Origin: Octopus sinensis
Taxonomy: Eukaryota
Direction: 5' to 3'
NCBI RefSeq assembly: GCF_006345805.1
Contig: NC_043006.1
Span: 93,806,001 to 93,870,000, forward strand
DNA: 64,000 bases
Numbering within the stretch: the first letter of the stretch is position 1; each line of letters begins with the position of its first letter. Position numbers and translations under genes: made by a program. The notes beneath the pieces are model-generated. The model was not told the origin of the DNA. It ran no database searches and worked only from the letters and a program-made list of their open reading frames with translations. Below, in pieces: positions 24,975 to 35,889 of the stretch.

Positions 24975-26057
24975 TCGTGGATCAAAAAGAGGCCGAGGAA
25001 GGGCGAATGGCACCGCGAGTGTCGCTTTGCTTTTAAGCAACTATGCTGTCCCGGGTCGACCTTGAGCGACTTCAAAACAACCAAAGCATTCTATAGGAGA
25101 TTAGTGGAGGGGAGGTACGACGACGATCTCAGAGCGAACCTTGGCGTCGACGAGGAATATCTGACCCGCCTGTTCAAGACAACTTTCGGGCCGGGAGCTA
25201 TGGACAACTTCTAGATATCCCTGGCCTGGCAGTGCTACTGAGAAGCGCTACCTGTTCGGGATAAGCTCTACAGACACGGCTCGAGAAACACGGGGCCGAC
25301 CTGCCCGAGATGCGGCAAGAGCGACGAAACCGTTCTGCACGCACTCGTGCAGTGTCCAACCATTTCTGACCTGTGGGTTTATGTCGAACGACTGCTGTCA
25401 CGTGTGGGACGAGTCGGTTTATCAGCCGAGTCTATCATCAGTATCGTCATGCCTCCTTTCTTCAAACGGGAAGGAAGAGCTATTTTCATCATACTTGTGG
25501 CTATGGCAAAAGAATGTATCTGGTGGACGCGTCTGAAAGGATTAGATACAAACACTTTCCTCTCTGGTCAATCTCTCATCAACTTCTTCAAGTATCACTT
25601 GAAAAGGAAAGTGAGAGTAGAGAGGCAAGTTTTGTCTAGTGAATGTTTCAAAAATAGATGGGTGAGTGTAGCAAGGATGGCACATATGAATGACGATGCC
25701 ACCTTGATTATAATCCTATGAACCCGAAAAAATTTAAAACAGAAAGTTACTTACATGCAAAAAAATGTGTTAACATGTGACATTATTGACCGAGGTTACC
25801 GTGGTCTTTTCTGTATGCTTTTCTTTCTACGGATAAACCTTGCCTGCTTGCCCCTTTACACTTTACATCATGACATTTCTGTGATACACGATCCCTATTG
25901 ATCGTTTTTTTTTCTCTCTTTTTACGATCCTTTTGATCAAAAACCTAACTCCCTTTTACTTTCTTTTTCTTTTTCTTTTTTTTCTCCCCAAAATGAAAGG
26001 CTCTACGTTGTAATTTGTCCCCTCGGTATTCAGTCCCGTGTGGCTAATAAAGAAAGA
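24975..26057 (+). mobile_element. 5'-truncated Tx1/L1-like LINE (zf-RVT C-terminus plus 3' UTR) inserted in (TATC)n
   Basis: CPRCGKSDETVLHALVQC zinc motif; ORF ends at 25721; AATAAA at the 3' end; (TATC)n on both flanks. Confidence 0.85.
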
Positions 26058-26087
26058 TATCTATCTATCTATCTATCTATCTATCTA

Positions 26088-26119
<32 letters not shown>

Positions 26120-26120
26120 A

Positions 26121-26151
<31 letters not shown>

Positions 26152-26567
26152 ATATCCCACTCTCTCTCTATACACGTTAATTTCATGAGCAGGCTGTTCC
26201 GTTAATTGGATCAAGTGGAGCCCTCGTCGTCGTAACCGACGGAGTGCCACGTATATATATATATATATGTATATGTATACAAACATATAAGTACATATAT
26301 ATATATATATATACACTCACACACATATATCCATACATATAAATATATATGCACACACACATGCACGTGCCTGTTTATGCATGCATGGCTTATTTTGCTC
26401 TCGACTTCTTTTCCACTGGCAAACCCTTGTTTGTCGCTTTGCTTTGTTTCTTTCATATTTAGTTCCTCTTTTAATGTTTATTGTTCTTCAATTCGGTGCC
26501 ACCCTTCATCCCCGTCATCCTCACCCTTACCTCACTGCCCCCGCTCAGGTACAAAAACAACTATATC

Positions 26568-26604
<37 letters not shown>

Positions 26605-26624
26605 TCACGCATATACGTATATAT

Positions 26625-26865
26625 ATCTTTCATTTGTGCCTGTCATTTGACTGTGGCCATGCTGGAGCACTGCGTTTTAGGCGAACAGATCGACCCCAGG
26701 ACTTATTCTTGTAAGCTTAGTACTTATTCTATCGGTTCTTTTGCCGAACCACTAAGTTACGGGGGCGTAAACCCCCAAGCATCGGTTGTCAAGAGATGGT
26801 GGAGGGACAAACACAGACACACAAACGTATATGCACATATACATATGAAGTGAAAGAAGCCCATA

Positions 26866-26901
<36 letters not shown>

Positions 26902-27059
26902 GACGGGCTTCTTTCAGTTTCCTCATGCCAAATCCACTCACAAGGCTTTGGTCAACCCGAGGCTATATTAGGAGAAACTTGCGGAATGTGCCACGCAGTG
27001 GGACTGAACCCGAAACGATGTGGTTGGTAAGCAAGCAACGCAGCCACTACTGTGCCTCT
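26625..27059 (-). mobile_element. tRNA-derived SINE, family B (full length)
   Basis: Matches 41155-41603 and 52725-53165. Confidence 0.85.
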
Positions 27060-27079
27060 CTCTATGTGTGTGTGTGTGT

Positions 27080-27452
27080 GGAGGCACAATGGCCCAGTGG
27101 TTAAGGCAGCGGACTCGCGGTCGTACGATAGCGGTTTCTATTCCCAGACCAGGCGTTGTGAGTGTTTATTGAGCGAAAATACCTAAATCTCCACAAGGCT
27201 CCGTATGGGGGTGGGGTAGCGAACCCTTTTCACTACAACTTTCCCTCACTCTTTCTTCCTGTTTCTGGTGTACCTGTATTTCAAAGGGCCAGCCTTGTCA
27301 CACTTTGCGTCACGCTGAGTCTCCTCGTGAACTACGTTAAGGGCACACGTGTCTGTGGAGTGCTCAGCCACTTACACGTTAATTTCACGAGCAGGCTGTT
27401 CCGTTGATTGGATCAAGTGGAGCCCTCGTCGTCGTAAACGACGGAGTGCTAC
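27080..27452 (+). mobile_element. tRNA-derived SINE, family C (full length)
   Basis: Matches 23353-23732; head-to-head with a family B copy. Confidence 0.85.
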
Positions 27453-27532
<80 letters not shown>

Positions 27533-28139
27533 ACAAACATATACATACGTATATATATATATACACTCACACACATATATCCATACATATAAATATATAT
27601 GCGTGTATATGTGTGAGTATCTACGTGTGCACACACATGCACACATACGCTCATACACATGCACAATCGCACACAAACACATGCCCATACCAGCCATTGT
27701 TCTTTTGTTTTTCTTTTTCCAACTAAGACTGTTGGCACGTGTTGTTGTTCTTACGAATTAATATTCCACCACCACCGTAGCGACTGTGGTGGTGGTGGTG
27801 GTGGGTGTTTGCGACGGTGATGTTGGTATATATGATGGTGATGATGGTGGACTGGGTGGTGACGGTGATGCTGTTTGTGCGGCCATACTCAAGTAGTTAT
27901 ACATGTTTTTTATCTGTTTTTTCTTTGTTTTATGCTTTTATTTGTTTCAGTCATTAGATACGGCCAAGCTGGGGTATCACTTTGAAGAAGTTGTTTGTCG
28001 AAATATTTGTATGATCGATATCTTTTGTCGCACCGCTAAATAACGGCGATATAAACACACCAACGCCGGTTGTCAAGCGGTAATGGAGGACAAACACAGA
28101 GACACACACACACAAACACAAACGTACACACACGCACCT

Positions 28140-28313
28140 CCATATATATACATAGGGAGAATTCACGAAAAAAACCCAACAAAAGACGAAGACAGGTGGT
28201 GTAGAAAACAAACAGATGTATTAGTATAACGCTCGAGAATTGAAAAAGTCTTTAACGTTTCGAGCCTACGCTCTTCCACAGAAAGGAACACAAAAAGAAA
28301 CAAGGAGAGAAAA

Positions 28314-28320
<7 letters not shown>
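28140..28320 (-). mobile_element. PLE-derived short repeat, second family, with hammerhead-like motif (28250-28285)
   Basis: CUUU-CUGUGGA-A-GAGC guag GCUC-GAAA-CGUU-AAAG; matches 45380-45550. Confidence 0.6.
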
Positions 28321-28355
<35 letters not shown>

Positions 28356-28639
28356 ATACGATGGGCTTCTTCACAAGGCTTTGCTCGAGGCTATAGTAGA
28401 GGTTATAGTAGAAGTCACTTGTCCAAGGTGTTTCGCTATGGGACCGAACTCGGAACCAAATGTTTGGGAAGTAAACTTCCTTTACCACAGGACCTCGTCT
28501 GCGCCATGCTTTTTTAAATTATTAGTTCTGTCACAGACTGAGGCTAAGTTCACGTGGGCGTCCTTTCACCTTTTTTTCTTGTTTTTTGTTAACTGCCTTC
28601 ATCAGTTGTGGGGTCAGAGAAAGGGAGTTAATTACATCT

Positions 28640-28960
28640 TCAGACCAAAGAATGGGCTCGATTTTTTTTTGGGGGGGTGGTGGAGGAATAGAGTAAACAC
28701 AGCTTAAATCCCTCGAGGTTGGTACTTTATGCAAAAGGTCCTCCAGGTGAAGTTCAGCATATTCAAAGGGTGTTATGGTATTATTCACCACCATGTGGAC
28801 GCGTATCTTGTATTTTCTGTACCGCTTCATCAGAAAAGAAAGGATTCCGTTGACAGTCCTTTCCCCAGAAAGTCAAAGATTGATAGGAAGAAGGGTGTGG
28901 CATATTCTCAGGTTGAACTCAGAGTTCGAACGCTTACAATAAAGCATACTCTTTTAACGC
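28640..28960 (-). mobile_element. Possible very decayed Tc1-like transposase remnant
   Basis: Weak resemblance to the YxxILExxLLP / FQQDNA / SPDL region only. Confidence 0.25.
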
Positions 28961-29817
28961 TATCAAAATCAAAAGCTAGGTGAGGTGGTCAATGTATTAA
29001 ATGTGCCTCCTCCGAAACACGAACGGACTCTCAGAATGACTTCCATAGTTTCTATTTGCCAAATTACACTCACAAGGCATGAGCCAATCAGAGGGTCTGG
29101 GGAAACAGATTTGGGCAGTATAACCAGCAGAAGGATCGATCTCAAAACCACCGGGCTTTGCAAGCGAAACTCTTACCTACCCAACCATGCTTGCATCATT
29201 CTGTTTAACTGTTTCCCTTTTTCTCTTCTGTTTCATTCACTTATTAGAATGAGGCCAGGCTGGGGCAGTGCACCGCCTTCAAGAATTTATAGCCGAATGA
29301 AGCGACCTTAGTATTTAATTTTAAGTTTAGTACTTATTCTGTCAGTCTCTTTTGTCGGACTGCAAAGTTACAGTGGTCGGGGACAAACAGACACAGAAAC
29401 ACACATACACAGAATTATGTGTTTGTGTGTGTATATGTGCGTGTGTGTGTATATGTTTGTGTATGTGCGTGTATGAATATATGACAGTCTTCCATACAGT
29501 TTCTGTCTACCAAATCTACTCACAAAGATTTGGTCCAACTAAAACTAGAGTAGAGAACACTTGTCCAAGGTGATACCATGCAGTTCGTTGCGTGATTTAA
29601 ACAATTTGTTAGATAGAGAGACTGAGAGAGGGAGGGGAGAGAGAGAAGGAGGGGGAGAAGAGACGGAGCGGAAAGAGAATGAGAAAGAGTGATAAATAAA
29701 GATATAGTTACACGATGGATGGGTTGATGAGCAGATAGTTAGAAAGAGAGACAGATGGACAGACCGTTGGAAAGAGAGACAAATTGATAAATAGGTAGAT
29801 AGATAGATAGATAGATA

Positions 29818-30902
29818 TCTTTATTAGCCACACAGGGCTGAACACAGAGGGGACAAAATAGAATGTAGAGCTTTTCTTTTCAAAAGAAAAAAAAATGAAG
29901 AAAATAAAAAAAAAGAAGAAAAAATCCGATCAAAAGGGATCGAGTATCACAGCACAGTAAAATTGTATAAAACACATTAGGTTTATCCGTGGAAAGAAAA
30001 GCCTACGGAAAAGACCACGGTAAACTCAGGCAGTAACCACATGAGAGCAAAATGCTCTCTCTTTCTTTCTTCCTCTCTCTCTCTCTCTCTTTTACGATTT
30101 ACAGGATCATGCTCAAAGGGGTTTCGTCGCTTGCATGCACCATCTTTGCTACATTCACCCACCTTTTTTTGAAACTTTCACAAGACAAAACCAGCCTTTC
30201 CATTCTCACCTTCCTTTACAAGTGGTACTTGAAAAAGTTGATGAGCGATTGGCCAGAGAGGTAAGTGTTTGTCTCTAATCCTTTCGCTCGAGTCCACCAA
30301 ACACATTCTTTCACCATGGCCACCAGTACGATGAAGACTGCCTTGCCTTCCCGGTTAAGGGAAGATGGTGGAGCAGGTTTCATGATATACTCGGCCGACA
30401 ACCGAATTCGTCCCACACGTGACAGCAGCGGTTCGGCATAAACACACAGGTCCAAAATGGTTGGACACTGCACGAGTGCGTGCAGAACGGTTTCGTCGCT
30501 CTGACCGAATCTCGGGCAAGTCGATCCGGTGTGTCTCGAACCGTGCCTGTAGAACTTATCCCGAACGGGCAATGCTTCCCGTTAGTACTGCCAGGCCAAT
30601 GATTGTCCATAGTTCCCAGCCCGAAAGTTGTCCTGAACAGGCGGGTCAGCTGTTCCTCGTCGACGCCTAGATTCTCATCGAGAACATCGTCGCATTTCCC
30701 CTCCACTAATCCTCTATAGAACACCTTCGTGGAATTGAAGTCGCACAAGTTTGGTCCCGGACAGCAGAGTTGCTTGAAATCAAGGCGGCACTCGCGGTGC
30801 CATTCACGTAGTCTCGGTCTCCGATTGAACCACGATTGTAGTTCGGCCAAAGAGACGAGTTGCGGGAAAGCGCGCCTCACAAACGGCGACCACACCTGTT
30901 CA
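29818..30902 (-). mobile_element. 5'-truncated Tx1/L1-like LINE inserted in (GATA)n
   Basis: CPRFGQSDETVLHALVQC; colinear with 24975-26057; (GATA)n on both sides. Confidence 0.85.
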
Positions 30903-30914
30903 GATGGATGGATG

Positions 30915-31002
<88 letters not shown>

Positions 31003-31003
<1 letters not shown>

Positions 31004-31222
31004 CTTTCTTTATTAGCCACACAGGACCGAACACAGAGGGGACAAAATACAATGTAGAGCTTTTCTTTTCGAAAGAAAAAAGAAAAAGAAAATAGAAAAA
31101 AAAAACAGGAGGAAAAAATTCCAATCAAAAGGGATCGTGTAAAAAAAACCATCAAAAGGGGTTGTGTATCACAGAGCAAAGCAAAAATATAAAATAACAG
31201 ATTAAAAACACAGGAGAGGAAA
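31003..31222 (-). mobile_element. 3' UTR-only copy of the same Tx1-like family in (GATA)n
   Basis: The 3' ~70 bp are nearly identical to 29818-29890; flanked by (GATA)n. Confidence 0.75.
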
Positions 31223-31232
31223 TAGACGGATG

Positions 31233-31304
<72 letters not shown>

Positions 31305-31388
31305 CATACATACATACATACATACATACATACATACATACATACATGGATGGATGGATGGTAAGATACATAATAAAATAGGTAGGCG

Positions 31389-31420
<32 letters not shown>

Positions 31421-31963
31421 GTCAACTAACCGCATGCCGAGAAAATGATAACCATGCGCATACACGTAAGCGTATATATATTTACATGGGTAGGAAATCA
31501 AATACACCCAAATACACGCTTACTCACACACACATACACACATACATACATACATACATACATACATACATACGTACATACATACGTACATACATACATA
31601 CATACGTACATACAGCATATAATTATATAGATATAGGTCGACATTTGTACACGTGCCGTCTTTATAACATTCCACGAGGCACGTGTATCTCTCTCAAACT
31701 ACTTCCTACACACGTGTGTTTGTTTGCATATACACATATATATTTATAAATATATGTATACATATATCTATATGTATGCGTATGTGTATGCGTATGCGTA
31801 TGTATGTGCGTATATATATATATATATATATATATCTACACACACACACACACATATAAAATAAACTGATTTCCGTATTTTAGTGTTGAGCGTGTATAAT
31901 TATATTTTAGTTGGACATGTATGATTATATATACATATATAAATATATATATATATATATAAT

Positions 31964-32052
<89 letters not shown>

Positions 32053-32214
32053 GGGGAGTGAGAGTGTTTGTGGTGGAAGAAGTGTGAGAGAAAAGGATAT
32101 TTTATTCAAACGGCGTATAGTTGCGAGTCGATAACCAAAGCACGTATAATGAAATAAACATGGATTAGCGTAATCTCTTATTGGAGCGCAGATTTCGCCA
32201 GGGAGATGTCTCAC

Positions 32215-32274
32215 CTCATCAGAAAGATCGTTAAGATTAGGCTGAATATACGATTTCATTCGGAAAAACCATAT
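32215..32274 (-). CDS. Candidate 60-nt phase 0-0 exon IWFFRMKSYIQPNLNDLSDE
   Basis: Acceptor cctttcactcacaag, donor GAG|GTGAGA, exactly 20 codons, only phase 0 is open. Confidence 0.4.
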
Positions 32275-32679
32275 CTTGTGAGTGAAAGGCATTCACAAAG
32301 CGAGAAATAAGCAATTCGTGAAAATCAGTAAAAAATTTCAGTCATATTTGTGTCATGTGAATCGGAAAGCTACGTAAATTGTACGACGTAAGGTACGTAA
32401 GAATTCACGAAAATGCTTTGTCGAATGGAGCTGCCAAAATCAGAATTTTTTTTTGTTATGTTTACATTATAGAACGTAAAAAATAGATCATTATCAAATT
32501 TAGATAATACACTTTTAATTCAGATCTTGATCGATATTTTATAAATCGGTACACCGAAGCATATTTTCATTTAGCTTGGCATCCAATCTATGTTAGGCAA
32601 AAAGAAAATGTTGAGCGAAATTTGCGAATAAGAGAATAGGTATGTGTGTATGTATGTATTATACACGTGTATAAGCATA

Positions 32680-32723
<44 letters not shown>

Positions 32724-33416
32724 ATATATATATATATATATATATATATACATTCTATCCTTTTTCCAAGAAATCTAATGCTCGTAGCTTAGTTTTTCCT
32801 TGGGGCTGGCCGGATCGGAACGATCTCAAGATTAATCAGCCGAAATTGCGAGGATGATCCGGTCCTTGACTGAAAATTGAAGGCTTCGAATGTCCCGTCC
32901 GTGTTTTTTGTATCGTCTTCTAAATGTTTTACGTTCTTGTCCCAGTTTGTATTTTTCTACATATAATATATATAGTGAGCCCGTACCCTCTTTGGCCTTG
33001 TATGTAGTACATATCCTTTAAATTTGGTACGCTCTATAACACTGGCTCTCTCTCCTACATTCTCTGCCTTTCACACTTTGCACTCTATTTGATCTGTCTT
33101 TGATTCTTTTTTTCTCTTCTCTCTCTCTCCTCTCTCTCTCTCTCTCTATCCTCCTTTCTCCTTCCTTTTTTCACCTCTGATTCTTTTGGTCTGATCTTTG
33201 TCTCCTCTTTACCCACTCTCTCACATTTCTCTGTCTTTCTCACTTTGCACCTCACTGATTCTATCGCCGAGCCAATCCTTGGCACGCTCTCTTTCTTCTC
33301 CCCTCTTTAATTCCTTCTTTCTCTCTCTTCTCCTCCCTTTGGTGCCTTCGTCCTTCTTTTTCTCTCTCTCTTTGATTCCTTTGCCCCCTTTTTTTTTCTC
33401 TCTCTTCTCCTCTCAC

Positions 33417-33480
33417 GTGGCCGCTGGTTAACCAGCCTTTCGGATTCTGACCAGCGCCACGAGAACACAGTTTTCTTCGT
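33417..33480 (-). CDS. Candidate 64-nt exon RRKLCSRGAGQNPKGWLTSGH, ending in phase 0
   Basis: Acceptor gcctttttcggcag, donor CAC|GTGAGA; frame-compatible with 32215-32274. Confidence 0.25.
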
Positions 33481-33811
33481 CTGCCGAAAAAGGCATTTTT
33501 TTCCAAATACGCCAGTTAAACTAAGTTGTACTGTCTATAGTCGTAAGACACCCGCTGTTTTTTGTCCTGTTATTACTATTATTGTTTTTTGTATTTATAT
33601 TCGTATGGCATCGTCCGTTTTTCTGTCCTTGTTTCGTATACATCGATTTTTTTCCAAGAATCTAATGCGGGTAGCTTAGTTTTTCCTTGGGGCTGGCCGG
33701 ATCGGAGCGATCTCAAGATAATCAGCCGAAATTGCTAGGATGATCGGTCCTTGACTGTTTTTTGTATCGTTTTCTAAATGCTTTACGTTCTTATCCCAGT
33801 TGTATGTTTCA

Positions 33812-33859
<48 letters not shown>

Positions 33860-33940
33860 GTGTGGGTGTGTGTGTGTGTGGTGGTGTGTGTGTGTGTGTA
33901 TTATGTATATATATATATATATATATAATATATATATATA

Positions 33941-33971
<31 letters not shown>

Positions 33972-33994
33972 GTGTGTGTGTGTGTGTATGTATG

Positions 33995-34034
<40 letters not shown>

Positions 34035-34317
34035 TATATTATATATATATATATATATTTACATATACTTATATATGTATAGATATATATATATTATATA
34101 TATCCCGATTTTTGGGCGATTTTTCCCCTCCGTCTTCGCTTTTTGGGATCTTTCCTTTTCTTATGTTTCTGACTAAGAGCTCCGCTCGAAACATTGAACC
34201 ATCCTTCTTTCCTTCTTTCCTGAGCGTCCAATAATACTATACTTGTTCCACGTCCTCGCGTTGTTGTATTTTCATATTTGGATTAACCATATATATATAT
34301 ATATATATATATACTCA

Positions 34318-34562
34318 TATCTATTTCTCTACTACCCACAAGGGACTAATCACAGAGAGAACAAACAAACATTTCTCTGCCTTTCACACTTTGCACTTTG
34401 ATTATATTGACCCCAGTACGTAACTTGTACTTAATTTATCGACCCCGAAAGGATGAAAAGCAAAGTCAACCTCGGCGGAATTTGAACTCAGAACGTAACG
34501 ACAGACGTAATACTGCTACGCATTTCGCCCGGCGTGCTAACGTTTTTGCCAGCTCGCCGCCT
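34318..34562 (-). mobile_element. SINE family A copy with an internal 24-bp templated replacement
   Basis: Meta-like core and tail present; 34374-34397 is identical to 33061-33084. Confidence 0.75.
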
Positions 34563-34633
34563 TAGCGGGCGAAATACCGCTTAGCATTTCATCCGGCGCT
34601 CTAACGTTTCCGCCAGCTTGTCGCATGGAGTAA

Positions 34634-34664
<31 letters not shown>

Positions 34665-34666
34665 TA

Positions 34667-34698
<32 letters not shown>

Positions 34699-35038
34699 TA
34701 ATAATAATAATAATGATAATAATCCTTTCTACTGGAAGCTCAAAGCTTCAAATTTGGGGGAAGGGATTAAATGATTACACAACTGGTATTTATTCAATCG
34801 ACCCCGAAAACGTGCGCACTTATATTTGTATAGATATATATACGTATATGTGTGTATCATGTATGCATGCTTATATGTATGTATGTGTTTATCTATTTGC
34901 GTGTTGCATGGTGTATGTGTGAGAGTGTATGTACGAAGCACTGACTAGGAACACATAACGAGAACATCTTAAATATCAAATTTATAGAAGGTAATGCGTG
35001 ATATTGAGAAAAGAGAAAGGGGGAAAGGGAGGTTAAAG

Positions 35039-35139
35039 TATAAAGCGGAAGGAGCAGCCATTGTGCGTGTGTCGCTGCAAGTGACTGGCGCACGTCTCTC
35101 ACTCAAACAGAAAGTTAACGGCGAATCTGAAAGGTAAGT
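35039..35139 (+). promoter_or_regulatory. Candidate TATA promoter and short non-coding first exon
   Basis: TATAAA at 35039-44, CGGAAG, GCAGCCATT, then a consensus donor AAG|GTAAGT at 35133/35134; no ATG in the putative exon. Confidence 0.35.
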
Positions 35140-35421
35140 GGTGTACAAGGCAGAAGTTTTACGCATGCATAAATGCGCACACACACTCATATACAAGCCA
35201 CAGCACAGAAGACCCGACTCAGTACGGCTGTAACATTGTGTTGTTGCACTTGAAAGAGCAGATGAGGTGATCGAGAAGCTGATGGTACGGTTAGGGATTT
35301 CATCAGAGTGCTTCTTTACCCTTAAACTAAGTTTTAAAAAAAAGGTAATTAGGGGATATGAGCAATCATTAATGAGACTTAAATTAATTACGCCGAGGAC
35401 TTGCCTATAGTGTATGTCTGT

Positions 35422-35521
35422 NNNNNNNNNNNNNNNNNNNNNNNNNNNNNNNNNNNNNNNNNNNNNNNNNNNNNNNNNNNNNNNNNNNNNNNNNNNNNNN
35501 NNNNNNNNNNNNNNNNNNNNN
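35422..35521. other. Assembly gap (100 N)
   Basis: Run of N. Confidence 1.
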
Positions 35522-35639
35522 GATAATAACAATAATAATAATAAAAATAATAAGTAACAACAAAAGAATGAGACCTCGATATTAGATAAATTGACTATTA
35601 TTTATATGTTATAATTTATAACAATCAATAAAAGTTTCT

Positions 35640-35881
35640 CATTATAGTACTCGGAGCCTGTATGACTAAGGTCATTATTTATGAAGCCACCGTAAATTCT
35701 ACGAATGCTAAGAACAGTTTTACCCAAGAGATATGTGGGTCTCACAGAGGGAAATCTCAGAGCAAGATTCAACAATCACACCTTAAGATTCAGACACTGG
35801 AATAAACGGAAGACTATCCACATATCCTGTTATATATGGTTCTTAAAAGAACAAGGTACCAACTACAGGATTTACTGGAAA
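35640..35881 (+). mobile_element. Penelope-like element GIY-YIG endonuclease fragment
   Basis: KVIIYEATV..RYVGLTEGNLRARFNNHTLRFRH..ISCYIWFLKEQGTNYRIYWK. Confidence 0.85.
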
Positions 35882-35889
35882 AGTTCCTT

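Noticed and set aside
32206-32283. Plus-strand ATG exon MSHLIRKIVK...PYL|GTGAGT as TMIE exon 1
   Set aside because: No signal-peptide character; overlaps a better-supported minus-strand exon; 50033-50134 explains the start more simply
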